Below the pieces are notes generated by a model that ran no database searches, was not told the DNA's origin, and saw nothing but the letters and a program-made list of their open reading frames with translations. A stretch of 64,000 bases of DNA, taken from positions 7,130,001 to 7,194,000 of the forward strand of contig CM060731.1 of NCBI GenBank assembly GCA_030704615.1, read 5' to 3'. The position numbers and the translations under genes were made by a program. Shown piece by piece: positions 13,100 through 26,130 of this stretch (position 1 is the first letter of the stretch; each line of letters starts with the position of its first letter). This DNA comes from Takakia lepidozioides (lineage: Eukaryota > Plantae > Bryophyta).

Positions 13100-13900
13100 A
13101 CCAGCGATAATGGATTGTGATGACAATATAGGGATCCGACATGCCAGCCTTCGCATTCCTGGCAAGGGATGTGCACGACGTAATCGCAGGTGCGGGAGGG
13201 CTTTTGTGCGTGGAAGGGGGCCGACAACCAAGGTCACATGCAAACGAGAATGATCCACCCTATATGTGTGATTGGGATTTTTGTTTTCCTCCACAATCTA
13301 TCATGGTTGTTTGCAACCCTGTAACAGAGGACTATACATTCGTCCCGCCTTTATGAAAGCATTTGGAAAGCAAGGTACACTAGCTATATCCGTTCACTTA
13401 TTTGTCTCGGACAACCTCTTCATCTTTCAGATCTTGGGTTGATATGTGATTGTCTTCAGACATATTTATTTTCGGGATAGTGGACATTTCAATTCTTTCC
13501 CTCTTCTTTCCTCTTTGGTTTCATTGCTATGCATCTTGCAATGTAAGTTTGCAACTCCATACATGATCAGTTTTGGCAGGTGGCTCGCATGGATTTGAAC
13601 CGCTCATGCGACAAAGGGTACACCATCATTGTTGTGGGGTACAACAACTCTCAGGTTTTGGCACGAGAGAGGCCTGATGTCTTGGAGATGGTGGTTGTCA
13701 TCTAGAGGGGAGTGGGTGTATTGGCATGATACTAGCGGGTTGCGAACCAATAGTTGTGGACAAAGCTCGTTGGCACTTATCGATGGAATTATTTGCATTA
13801 GTTGGACTTCGCAGATGTAGAGACACTTTCCAGCAGTTTGCCTTCAGGTCATAAGTTTTCTGGACGACAATCAATTGATTATTGAAGCCCCACTCCTTCT
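13100..13900 (+). pseudogene. F-box/kelch-type beta-propeller gene fragment
   Basis: IAGAGGLLCVEG...IMVVCNPVTEDYTFVPPL is typical of plant F-box proteins. The downstream exon is degenerate. Confidence 0.55.
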
Positions 13901-14049
13901 GCAAGCACCGCTCGAGGCAAAGTTCCATGTAGACGTCAGGAGATCCTTGGAGCTATACAGCCAAGCAACAACCACCAAGGCCATTAATTTGTTGGTGCAT
14001 ATTCACATCATTTAGGAGTTTTTGTGTCTCTAACAAGAACCCCCTGTCT

Positions 14050-17000
14050 GTCATAATCATACCTTGAGAAGTTCGGCATCAACATAATTTGTTGCTAGCT
14101 ACTAGTAGTGTCTAAGTTCCTGTTCCTGGGGATCCCATAGAGCAATACACCCTGTCCAGTAGATAACAAATCACATGAAGGCATGTAACCTGATCCACTG
14201 TTCGTCCTTCATATGTACAGTAGTTTGCGAAACATAACATTTGTGAGAGGATCATCAATTACCTCAAGTGCCTTAGTTGATGCCAACACGAAGGACGAGT
14301 GGGCAGGGTTCATAATAGGCAGTTCGATGGACTCTCGAGGCTCCATAATCTGTTCACTTAGCCCTCCAACAGCAGAGTAACTCACATTCCTTGCATCCTC
14401 GCACGGGCCTTGAGAACTAAAGAATGTTCGAAGTACATGCTCGAGGGGATTATCAAACATGATCTGCAAGTTTCTGGTTATACCTCAATCCCACCTCAAT
14501 AACTCCTCGGACCACAGATCTCTCTAGCTACACATACTTGACTTCAGAACTAAGTCCGAAGTACCACCCAGTCAGGAATTCCCAATGAGACGTTTAAACC
14601 ATAGTACGATGTCCGATGATTTGCATGCCAAATTTCCTGCCAGGAGCAACAAAAAGGTGTGTAGATTCATCCGACACTACTGTAAGTACATGGAGTGCCG
14701 TCAACTTTCTTTTATGGTAAATGACATGTGAGGTAGCGTTGGTTGTGGATGCACCAAGTGATTTTGGTCAAAGCACATCACATGCTCCACACATGAGGAG
14801 AGTGGTACTGATCCAGCACATCAGTCCGGATATGTGCATCCCAATTACAATTGGAGGAGAACTCAACGCCCAGGTAAGTGTAGGAAAGGAGGACCGGGAT
14901 CTCTTGGCTACCCCACTGCCACTTAAGATCACTTCCTCCCTCTCTTCTGTCGTTGAATGCTACCACTGCACATTTGCTGACATTAGCCTCTAGCCCCCAA
15001 AGATCAAAGTATGTCTTCGCGCAATCAATCAACTCCTGGAGATTGGTTGGAGTCTCCCCTATGCCTGCGAAGTCATCCGCAAACATAAGGGCTGGTATGG
15101 TGGTATCACCCACCCTTAACCCAAATCCCTCACTTTCCACATCCTCGAGGAGTTGATTGATGAAAACATTGAAGAGCAGAGGGGAGAGAGTACATCCTTG
15201 AGCTACACCTTGGTCTAAGTCAAAGAAGTTGGACTTATGTCCGTTAACAGTGACACAGCTTTTGGTGTGAGCATACAAGTTGTGGACAACTCTCCACATC
15301 TTTCCCTTGATCCCACAAGACCAGAGGCGGAACCATAGGCCATCTCTCCACACTGTGTCATAAGCCTTTTTGACATCCAGGAAAAAGACATAAGTGGGTT
15401 TCCCTTCTTTTTTCCTTCCCTGGATAATCTGGCTTAGAGTGAAGATATGATCCACACAGCCCCTGTTTCGCCGAAAGCCAGCTTGGCCTTCATGGAAACA
15501 ACCTCTAGACTCCAGATCAACCTCGAGACGAGTACTTATAAATATGCAGAATGTCTTGCCAACAGCATTGAGGAGCGTGATGCCACGGTAGTTCCCCGGT
15601 TCTTCTCTGTCACCCTTCTTGTATAGATTGACAATGACCCCCTGTCGCCAGCGAAGGGGATCATTTCAGTCTTCCAGAGAAGGTTAAAGAGGAGAAGTAG
15701 GGCGTCTATCATGGGATCGCCACCGTGCTTGATAAGCTCATTGACAATACCATCTGGTCCACCAGCTTTACCTCCATTTAAATGTTCAATTGCTTCCACA
15801 ATCTCAGAAGAACTAATGGGAGCATTATAAGCATTGAAATATACTCCAGTTCATCAGGGCTGTTTTGAATCATAGGAACAGTTATTCCAACTGTGTCCCT
15901 CCATTCAGCAGAAGACCCCTCACTGTTGGAGACCTAGAAGTTCTGCCAAGGATACTGTAGTGAGTTTCAAAGGTTTTGACAATGTCAACCGATGAAGTCA
16001 CCACTGCACCTTTAGTAGTCTTCAGCGCTTGTACTTGCTGACCGTTTTTCGGTTTGTACAAACGTTGAAGGGCCAACCAAAATATCTTGTCATTACCACC
16101 ATGGTGGTTTGAGTTTATTTCACTGTATAACTTGTCCCAGTATTATTTTTTCTAAGACCTAACAAGCTGATTGATATCTTTACGGAGCTGGTAGTACCTC
16201 GCCCACAATTCTCTGTTGGTTTCCAAATTGCAGCACTGTTTATAGAGGGCTCGTCTCTCAGCTATCTTGAGTTTAATCTCATTAGTCCACCAATTAACTG
16301 CTCTACCGCAGACAATTAGTTTCCTCCCAATGATCTTGTCAGCCACGGAGGAAACGAAACTCTCCCAAGAGTCCACTGCTCTTTCGACTTCATTTCTTGC
16401 GTTAACAGAGCGTGACTGAAGTTCTTGGAGCGATTGGACAGAATCAGGGAGAGCCTCTTGCAAGGCCTGGACGTACTCAGCCTTGACCTCCTCATTGTGG
16501 AATTTTTCTATGCGCCACTTCCGAATCGAACGTTTCACAGATCTCTTGGTGGTGGGAAAACACCTTTTGATCTCAGTCCAAACCAGGAAGTGGTCAGAGG
16601 TACCAATATCAGTTTTGTCGATCAACACATCGGCACACTGGGGGAACAAAATTTTGTCCATTATGATATAGTCCACAATGGAACGTTCCCCAGTTTGGGG
16701 TTTCTCACGAGTCCACTGCACTTGGTCACCTCTTGTCCTGTTAAAAGCTGAAGCTCTTCTAGACAGTTAATTAACCGTCTGCCATTAGAATTCAGCTCGT
16801 CCTCACCAAAAGGTCCAATGATATCGTCCTGATGGATCCCTTTGCCCACCCAGGCATTGAAGTCCCCCAATAGTACCACCTGACCTTTGGCAAGGAACGA
16901 AGCACAGTCCATCATCAAAACTTGTGAGGCCTTGTCTGCGTCAGCACTAAGGGTCCCCTCTGTGGGCATGTAAACACAACCAACAAAGAGGTCCAGTAGA

Positions 17001-17090
17001 GTGCTCATGCCGCCCTTCAAATTCAGTTTTAGCCAGATACTATCCTCGTACCTCAAACCCTTGTTGATAATTTCTCAATTGTCAAACAAG
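14050..17090 (-). mobile_element. Degenerate LINE retrotransposon ORF2 (AP endonuclease + RT)
   Basis: EN: FVGCVYMP, VLLGDFNA, IVDYII, SDHFLVW. RT: KAGGPDGI, FLDVKKAYDTVWR, GVAQGCTLSPLLFNVFI, LMFADD, YTYLGVEF. Several frameshifts. Confidence 0.92.
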
Positions 17091-17745
17091 AAATCACGGA
17101 CGAACTTCTTTGAGATTGAATTGATGCGGGACTCTATTAGAAGCACTTTTGGTCATTGCAACCTTCAACGTACCCTTGTTATCAAGTCTCGGGATGGTAC
17201 CATTAGCCATGAAATCCAAGCCTAAGCTAGAGCATGTAGTTTTAAAGGACACATCGTCCATCCTGGGATTCACCCCAAAAACTACACATGAAGCCCTAGA
17301 TTTGGCATAAGTAACCAATTCCCAGGGATCATCCTGAGGAGTGTTGATGTTGATAGGAGCTAAATTTTTGATTGTTTTCGCAGGCCATAAGTTTAAGCAC
17401 AGGAACCAACCCGAGCCCAAGTGCCGAGTATGCTAGACAGAGCATACGACTGCCCAATTTGGGCGGAGGGGCTGCCCCCAAGCGGTAGGAGTCCGCTTGT
17501 TACCATTCAGAGATCACACTCCAGGGAGTTGCAGGGGATGGCCCATGTAGGCATATTCTAAAGAGGGAAAGGCCCCAAGCTTTCCAACTAAATCCAATGC
17601 ACTACCTTACCTGAAGCAAAGCGCTTAAGGTCGAAACAAACAAGGACACGAGGTCACAAGGCCGACATTTAGTCACAGAGACATTAATGTACTCCCGTTT
17701 CAAGTCCACCCAATGTCAATAGGCTTCCTAGAGGACAGGGAGAAA

Positions 17746-17748
<3 letters not shown>

Positions 17749-17795
<47 letters not shown>
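17749..17795. repeat. (GA)n microsatellite, about 23 units
   Basis: Continuous GAGAGA run. Confidence 0.95.
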
Positions 17796-17800
<5 letters not shown>

Positions 17801-17920
17801 TGAAATGAAATGAAATGGACTTTATAACGTCCGCAGAAAACTCAAAGAGCTTATGGGAGAAAATGGAAAAAAACATGAGAGAGGAAACAAAACCAGAGCC
17901 AAAAAACAGCCCAAAAGCAA

Positions 17921-18120
17921 CTACTGCTCAAGGGATTGTCTAAGGGTCAAGGCCTCGTGCAGGTAAGCTGCCAAGCATTTGTGATCCTCATAGTGGAAGA
18001 CTTCAGTGAGAGATTGAGTTCCGCGGAATAGACAATGGAATCTCCCACGGATCTTGTAATACAGAGGGCAATAGAAGAAGTGTTCTTCAGTTTCAATTTC
18101 CTGGTTACACCCCGTGCAAG
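17921..18120 (-). mobile_element. 3' fragment of another LINE ORF2 (C-terminal zinc knuckle)
   Basis: CTGCNQEIETEEHFFYCPLYYKIR fits the CxxC..ET.EH...C motif. Confidence 0.65.
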
Positions 18121-18840
18121 CTGGGATAGGCGGTCCTCCCGTTGCAGGTTTAGGGAGAGAGAAAATGACCTGAAATGGTACTTTATAACGTCCGCGGAGG
18201 CTCAGAGTTGAGAGAGATAGAGAGATGAGAGCCTCTTCCACTCCAAGCTTTTGGAAATAATGAACAACCTAACTATGTGGCGTCAATTTGTCCACTTTTG
18301 ATTTTCCTTTATTGAGGATGGGTGCTACGATTGTTCTGATTGTGGTGAGGTGCAAAGAGCGAAGAGAAGAAAGAATAGCACTATCTGGGAGTTTGAGGTT
18401 CTTCTTCAGGGTCTTTAGGGTCTGGTTGTTTGTTTCTCCCTTGGCACCTAAGGTGATATTAGTTGTCCTCCGCATACATATCCACCACACCAGAAAGAGA
18501 AGAAAGCTCTTTGAACTTACTTGAAGCATCTTGTATTTCCGAGGGTGCAACATCCTTCATACTCGGGATGGACACGGTTGCCTTACCAAATGTGTCAGCT
18601 CTGCTGCCGCCTCTTCCTTGGCCTCTTCCTGTCCACCCAACCATGACACGTACCATGAAAAACTCACTTGACATTTCTATCCCACTCTTCTTATTGAGTA
18701 AACCAGAAACAATAGACAATCATGTAGCCAAGTGCTACGCGATGAATAGCTGTAGATTCTAACAAGCGAGGACTGGGATAAAAACAGAGATAAGAATGCG
18801 TACGTTGCCAATTTATCTTGAGTTTCTTTGGCTATCATGC

Positions 18841-19424
18841 GTTATACCTCTGTAGGTATACTAAACAGGGCAACTACCTCATAACAATACCTCAACCTGC
18901 ATAGAGGCTGATTTGACCAAGTTTCTTTGTAAGTCAGGCGCTATACCTCTGGTGGTATACTAAACAGGGCTACTGTCTCATGACGATACCTCCGCATAAA
19001 TATAGATTAATTTGGCCAACTTTTCTTGTAAAATGAAATACTATACCTCTGTAGATATATCAAACAGGGCTACAACCTAATGACGATACCTCTACTAGTA
19101 TATATATCTCTCTCATCTCTCTCCTTTAGGCTACGCGACTCATCTCGTGACTTAGGCCTTACGACAAGCAAAGGATGGACGGGCAGCAGGAATAGACGGG
19201 CAACATGTATATTCAGCTTATACTCTCGTATGTATATGTGTATACGATGCATATACATATACATATATATGATTATATATTATATATTATATACAAAAAT
19301 AAGTTAAAAATTATAGATTACAATTCAATTGAATTGTAGTCAGCAATTCAATTGAATTGCCAATTCGCAATTCAATTGAATCGTGTGCCGACAATTCAAT
19401 TGAATTGCAAATTAGGGTTAGTTC
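18841..19424 (-). mobile_element. Non-autonomous internal-deletion derivative of the 6.3-10.1 kb element, in inverted orientation
   Basis: 19105-19424 is a near-identical reverse complement of 6338-6614. 18841-19098 is the reverse complement of the 99-bp array at 9735-10142. Confidence 0.85.
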
Positions 19425-21375
19425 ACACAGCCACAAAGAGGGCAATGCACACGGGGATAAATTGATATAAAATAGAGTTCTATGGATGGAGTACACAATA
19501 ATGGGGTAGAAAGGAAGAGAGGCAAATATGCAAGGATCGGGGACAACCCATCCCTGATTCGAAGTAAAGAATTGGATGACCACATACTTTAGAGAAACTT
19601 CTCTGGGAAAAAGAAAATGTCAACAAATTTGTTCCATCCATGATAGGCCAAAGGGACCCATAGAGAAACAATAGAATAACAAAGTAGCACATACACATGG
19701 AGTAGAGAAAACTTGTACCATAAACCATCAAACATATTTTTCATGCCACGGCTCAAACAAGCCAGGGCTAGTACAGCTTGTTCCCTGGATGAGAGTGGGA
19801 CGCTTAATGTCCACACAAATTCCGCATGTATATTTATCATTTTTCTTTGGTCAAGCTCATGATTATAGTTGTACTTAGGCTACGGGAAGACTCTAACCTG
19901 TTTTGCATGAGATACCAATAACTTCCAACAATTGGAAGTCGCATTTTCCAATTCTTGAAGGACAATAGGAAGGAAGTCGCAATACCCTACCACAGCTAGA
20001 GGTATGTAGAGAGACTGTAGTATTTCTATCTGAAATATTCCAGTGGTTCATCTAAGTTGCATGAGTACATTGAAATTCAAACAAGTGTACTAAGACAATT
20101 TTCCTTCATCTTGGTAGGCATTTCGATTACGAAAACCCCGCAGTTAAGGGTATTAATTACTCTTAATCCTTCCATGTTAACTAAACGCCTTGATGAAGAT
20201 TGATCGCAACCATAGTGACATTTGATAGAGGAGGAGGTGGAGATCGAGGTTTACCAGAGGCGGCAAGTCCGCTATCATAAGAGTTTTGGGGGAGAGCGAG
20301 ATAGCAGGTGTCGGCAAAATCTCAACGCTAGGTCAAAGAAAATAGTCAATATCACTTTGTGAGCTAATTTTGTCTTAGTTCTCAAGTTTCGCCATCATAC
20401 ATTTACCTTAATTTTTCTCTGTACTAGGCTCGTTTCTACTCCACGACGTTCATGAGTAGGCAAACCGCTGCCACTTCCTAAGCCCTTCTCAAAATCCATA
20501 TTGGCAGCAAATGCAGTAGGGCTGGTCTTGCCAATTGACCAACAACCTCTAAAACTAAACATTTTTTGACCACTTCATTGTGATCCAATTTTGCCAGTAC
20601 TTCAACCGTTTCGTAATATACAATGTTTCTTGTTGTCATCCAAGTTTGATCCCAAAATATATCGTAAGGCATGGGGGTTCAATTCCAAATAGCACAAGTC
20701 CATAGAGAAGAGTGTGTGATTAATGAGAGCTACTTCTTGTGTCGGATCTGGAAATTCAAGGAAATCATAGCGGCGACCCATGCATTGGCCAAGCCTGAGA
20801 AGGCTCCCATGGGAAGGATTTGAGGCCCATTTGCAGCTCCTCCAAAGACAATCGGGTGCTTGATATTATCGTATTGCTACGTTAAAGACACCCAAAGTTG
20901 GCTAAGCCAAACGCAAGTTGTTGAAAGATTGAAGCCATATGAGAGTTAATTGTGGTCTAGTACATTGGATTGAATCCAATTCTGGATGTGGGTTGGTGTG
21001 TATTAGCAATTGGGATGCTTGCTGTTGGGCTTATTTGTTTAAATGGTTGTTGAGGTTATGTATAGGGCGCACATCTTGTTTGGGTGTTCCTTTGGATGAG
21101 AGCCAGAAAGGGTGGATATAGGCTGTATATATGGGGCCACTGGTTGGGTCAACCAAGGTTGCATGAGGGCATTGAAGTTCAACTAGCATGAGACAATTTA
21201 ATTTCTTCAATCTTGCTAGACAAATTTTTGTTTACAAAGATCCCACAATAATTAATTATGGTGATTTTGACACACAAATTATTAATGAATAAGCCAAAGT
21301 GTATAAAACAAATATAACATTGGTCCTAATCAATGGTTGTATGGGAAAGTCAACAGTAGTATTTCAAATTATGAT

Positions 21376-22950
21376 TTAGGCTAATCTTTTCCTTCGAGCA
21401 CATTCATGACATTTGGGCAGGAGTCCATGATAATTTCCAAAAAGAAAAATCACCTTGAACAAATAAATTCCAGCAAAGTGAGAATCTACTTGCAATTTCA
21501 ACGAGTACGATCCATCGTCAAGGTCAAGTATAGGTGGGCGTGATTTCCAATTGGTTCCACTGAGATCTGCCTCAAAATAGTCTCCCCCAGCACATCTTTT
21601 TTTGCCATTCTTCTCAAAAGAGACAATGCTGAGCTCATGGATAACCTCAGTGCTAAGTCTAATGGGCTGATTGTTGTCAGGCTTTGGAAGCCCAAAAATT
21701 TGGATACTGTTGGTTCTTTTTTGGTAGCATGGCATTATCGCATTCTCGCTTTGTTGACGAAGAATTACATTCGTCTCATTTGCGATAGTTGGAAATATGA
21801 TCCACTCGTATATGTACCTTGATGTAGTGTCTGCAGGTGTTGCGGCTAATCGGTGAACAATCGCCTATGGAAAAGATTAATATGGTAACAATAGAAATTG
21901 AGTTTTTTTGGCCACCTTTACCGCGTCATGATCTAGGCATAACTACACTTGCAAAATTGCCAGATCTTAGGATATGCACAGCAGAGGATTATAGATTGAA
22001 AGCATGGAGTGGAAGGTGGACAAGAGGTCCAATATGGAACAAGTCTTGTGGAATCAATGAACAAGGCAGATATCTTTGCCTAGACCCAACTAAAGAATGC
22101 CCGAATCTGTGGTGTGAAGGACCTATTGGACGATTAGAGAGCAATGGGTGGGTGTATTCTGCACATTGAAAATTTAAAATTTTCAAAGAAAATGAAGCTT
22201 GGAAATGTCTCAATGGTCAGTGGCTGTTTTTTTGGGGTGACTCCAACTTTGACGATAATGTCGACAATCTTTTCAATTTTGTACTAGGATTTACCGACTA
22301 GGTTCAGTTACCCCGCCGGTTTGATGGAACGTTTTATTCTCCCAAGGACAACAAGTACTCTGTGAGATTAACCAAAATCTTCAATGGTCATTTTGAAGTG
22401 ATGGGGAATTACCAAGGTCTTCATGCTCTCCACTATGATGTCAATCGGGAAAATGTTGAAATCAGTTTTTGCTGAGCACATTAAGCCTACTGTGATGGTG
22501 ATGAACTCTGGGCTGCATGATGCGTATTGGTGGACAGGAGTTAAGTCCTTTGTAGAGGAAGGTGTTGAGATGGCCGTCAAGTTTTGGGAGGTTGTTTGGA
22601 AAGTTGAATATATTCTTTCTATTCCATTAATTGTCTATCGTACCACAATTGCTTCAGGGGGTGATAATCGGGCAGATAGTGAAGACAGATATGGACCAGC
22701 CAACCCCCAGAAGATGGAAATTTACAATCATCTGTTTGTTGAACGTCTCCAAAGGCTCAACCTCTCCAATTTCAAAGACATAACATTCCCTTGGCACTAT
22801 GACTTCATCCACACTGACGGTAAACATTATGGAAGACGTCCATCAAAGTCTTCTTGGCAAGGGAGAAAAGGTGATCAACAAATAGGACATCAATATTTTG
22901 TTGGTTGGATGGAAGTGCACATTATTTTGAATGCTATCTGTCTAAGCTGA
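21376..22950. pseudogene. Plant Ig/filamin-like + SGNH (NXPE / PC-esterase-like) pseudogene with its 5' part inverted
   Basis: Minus 21376-21860: CAGGDYFEADLSGTNWKSRPPILDLDDGSYSLKLQVD. Plus 21869-22950: WSGRWTR..CEGPIGRLESNGWVYSAH*, LFFWGDSN, MNSGLHD, HTDGKHYG, GHQYFV..HIILNAIC. Contains stops and frameshifts. Confidence 0.85.
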
Positions 22951-23919
22951 AGTAATTGAAAGACTTTGGGACGTGAAACCATTTAGATTGACTTGGATCT
23001 ATAGTATTACGTGATCCATATCTTATTCGAGGCCACGTCGTTGCAATTGTGGAACTTAGACTCTAATAGCCATCAATTACTCGCTCACGTCCTTCTTGGT
23101 AATGTACCGTACTAGCAATGCCCATATATAAATAGGCATGTAATTTTGACCTAGTATGCTGATTACAAAGTGAAGAAAACCCCTAGTACTATTTCTGGTG
23201 TAATATGATGTGACATGCACTGAGATATTCTTGATGAACCATGAAAATGGATTTTTTTTACTTCAAGACTTGATGCAAGTTCAAGTGAAGGCATCATACT
23301 ACCAGTTTGTTGAAGAAAACCCATCTCTATCTTCTTCTTTTTTCTTTTTTTTCCAAGTTCCCTTAACTTATGAGCTGATCGTCTCAGCTCGTTGTTGAAA
23401 CTTGGTCTATTCATCAAGACAATGAATAGACTTGTTGTCCTTTAATTTAGTGAAAAAAATCACATGCATAACTATTTCATTAGTTGATGGTTGATGAAAT
23501 GCAATATTCTTGCAGTTTCCTACAGTTACTACTTTGCAGGGAAAAATATGATTAGAGAGTATGAGGGCAACTTCTTTAGACGACAGACCAAGACTGAGAA
23601 ACCTTGGAACCAATTTCAACCAAATTGGTCGACATTTTGGTCCCTTCATGCATATTTAAACGTTAATAAATTAGGGCCAAAGTTGGCGTGTGTGAAGGCC
23701 TTGGGACCCATACCGGAAAAAACATGTATCATCTTCCAATACCACCTTCATATTTCCTTGACCTTCCAGATTGATACTAACCGACAATCGTAATCATATT
23801 ATTTATCAATGTTTTTATACTTGGTCCAAGGTCCAAGAATTGGTCCTCCAAAACTTATGGGTTCCTTTTCAGCTTGGTCCCTAGACCAGCCGTGCAAAAA
23901 AAATATGACTCATTTCGAA

Positions 23920-24008
23920 TGAAGCGTAAATTATGGTGTCTCTTGACCCCGAAGGCCTACTGCCTTCCGACTGGAAGATGGACACTTTTGTGATACCAAT
24001 TGGTAGAC
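23920..24008 (-). mobile_element. SINE family A, truncated copy 3
   Basis: gaagcgtaaattatggtgtctcttgacccc..ctactgccttcc..ggaagatggacac matches the copies at 3905 and 5452. Confidence 0.6.
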
Positions 24009-24294
24009 ATTAACACATGAAGAGTTGATTTTCTGTTATTGGGATTGAAAGTAGCTACAATAAATTCTGATCCAATACATGTCATTGTTCTACATGAGTG
24101 AACAATCATGTTCATATCATATATCATCAAACTACCATGTTGATTAAAAAAATGGATATATAGTCATATTTTGTTTTAGGAGTGTGAGAAGCCTTTGAGG
24201 ACATGACTGGCTTATCACAAAATTAAAGTACTTTGGTTTATTCTCTGTATAAGCTATAAACAGTTTGAAGCAAACGATAGGGGAGGAAATCTGT

Positions 24295-24812
24295 CTTCAT
24301 CTCGAGTTGACGAAGGTGTTAATCGGAGAGCCCAACTCGACAAAAGAGCATTACAATCTTTTTAAATCCTTGTATATTTAGATGAGATTATGTTAAATAG
24401 GGTCAGCGGAATAATTCAGTTAAATAGTGTTAGTGGATACGGAGTGAAATTAATGACCGTGATGATGGGCTAGTTGACTATTTCTACTTGCTACTATTTC
24501 TACTCAGCTAGTGTACCACCTACTCATCCACCTACTCATCACCTAATATTCCACCTCCACCTCAAGTTGAAGAAGGTGTTAATCGGAGAACCCAAATCAA
24601 CAAAAGAGCATTATAATCTTTTTAGATCTCGATATATTGAGATGAGATTATACTAAATAGTGTCAGTGGAATAATTCAGTTAAATTGTAGTAGTGGAATA
24701 ATTCGTACAGATTAATGCAATTAATGACCCTAATGATGGGTCAGTTGACTATTTCTACTTGCTACTATTTCTATTTCTACTATTTTTCTGTACCACCTAC
24801 TCATCCACCTAC
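24295..24812. repeat. Diverged ~260-bp tandem duplication
   Basis: gaaggtgttaatcggaga at 24312 and 24572. Both units end in ccacctactcatccacctac. Confidence 0.85.
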
Positions 24813-24899
24813 AGTTCCACGTAAAATGAAAATACATGTTGGATTATGACATTTACTGAACCGAATAATTCCAAATCTGATGCCACTGTGCATTTAGAA

Positions 24900-26130
24900 T
24901 GTGGACAGAGGTGGAAACTGGGTACCAAAGGAAGTGTTGGAGCAAGCTTAAGGCGATACTATGAAGCAATTGCAGGTGCTTGAAGACCACAACGCTGGAA
25001 ATCTGCAGTCTGTGGTGAATAAACTTGCAATAACTAAATCCACTTTGCCTCTTAAAGTGCCCTTTTGCAGAATGATTCTGAACACCAAGATTAGGCCCAT
25101 TGTTGGGAGAATGTAGGAGATGCATCAATGAGGAACTATTTCCTAACCAATGAATATGTGGAAAAGCATGGATATTTTTATTTGACACCTACAGATGAGA
25201 TGGAAAATCATGCGTTGGTGACAGATGACATTCGAGCGGGGTGGAGTGCACGCTGGCAAAAGGTTAGCAATGAGTTTGATGTAGAGTATGAGGCGAATAA
25301 GAACTGGGCATGGTTAAAAAATCGAATGTTCTACGTATGGGATGGTAATCATCGCTTGCACATTTGGTTCAAATTAATCAATGCCCTAAAGACAAATGAC
25401 AAGCAATGACATGTGTTGGTGCAATCAAAGATACTGCGATGTCAGACCAACACTATCGGCATGCTCAAAGTTGCCATGTTCCAAACAAACGCGTAAGCCA
25501 ACTGACATGTTTTATACTTAACTTTCAAATAAGATGGAATTCCAATTATTTCATATTGAACATGTCTGTAGTTGAAAACCTATATTCAGTGTCTGTATTC
25601 GTTGCAGTATTCATGAGAAAGGGTTTCTGAAGACTAAAGACATTCACAATTTTTAATACTTTCACATGATCGGTACAAGCCCTCTAGAGCAGTACAAAGG
25701 GCTTAGATGACCAAACGCCACTATGAAAAACCTTTGGCCAAGGAACCTGGGAAAACATGGTACACCATGACAACAGAGGCAATGATTGAAATTTTGACGC
25801 ATGTGAGTACCCCTAACCTGGTAGCCTGGTCGCTTACTTGTCCATTGGAATATGTGCATCCATAAGGTGAAATGCTTATGACGATTGTTTGATTCACATG
25901 TAGGCGGACATCATGAAGGCCATTGCACAAGCAAAAATTAAATATGATGCCGAAACACCACAGGAAGAAGGAAACCATAGGCATTGGTGGTTGCAATTGT
26001 TGCAGCCAAAAATGCTACAAAGCAAAGACATCTAAGCAGATGGCCAAAAAGTTATCAATTTGTGATCCCGCAAATGGGTTCGACTTCTTGAAAACCAAGC
26101 TGCTTGTCAGGAGGGGGATGAAAGAGTAGG
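24900..26130 (+). pseudogene. ParB/Srx-like domain gene fragment, paralog of the 30.5-36.8 kb gene
   Basis: GYFYLTPTD..W...W.KVSNEF..NRMFYVWDGNHRLHIW, then an exon ending KTWYTMTTEAMIE. Intron positions match those at 32793 and 33081. Contains stops. Confidence 0.75.

Noticed and set aside
6338-19424. A single 13-kb element with long TIRs
   Set aside because: The right-hand copy also includes the internal 99-bp array, so it is better read as a separate inverted deletion derivative. No TSD was found.
18269-20700. Short ORFs as genes (18269-18762, 19589-20040, 20478-20672)
   Set aside because: No recognisable motifs and interrupted frames. They may be decayed coding sequence but cannot be assigned.
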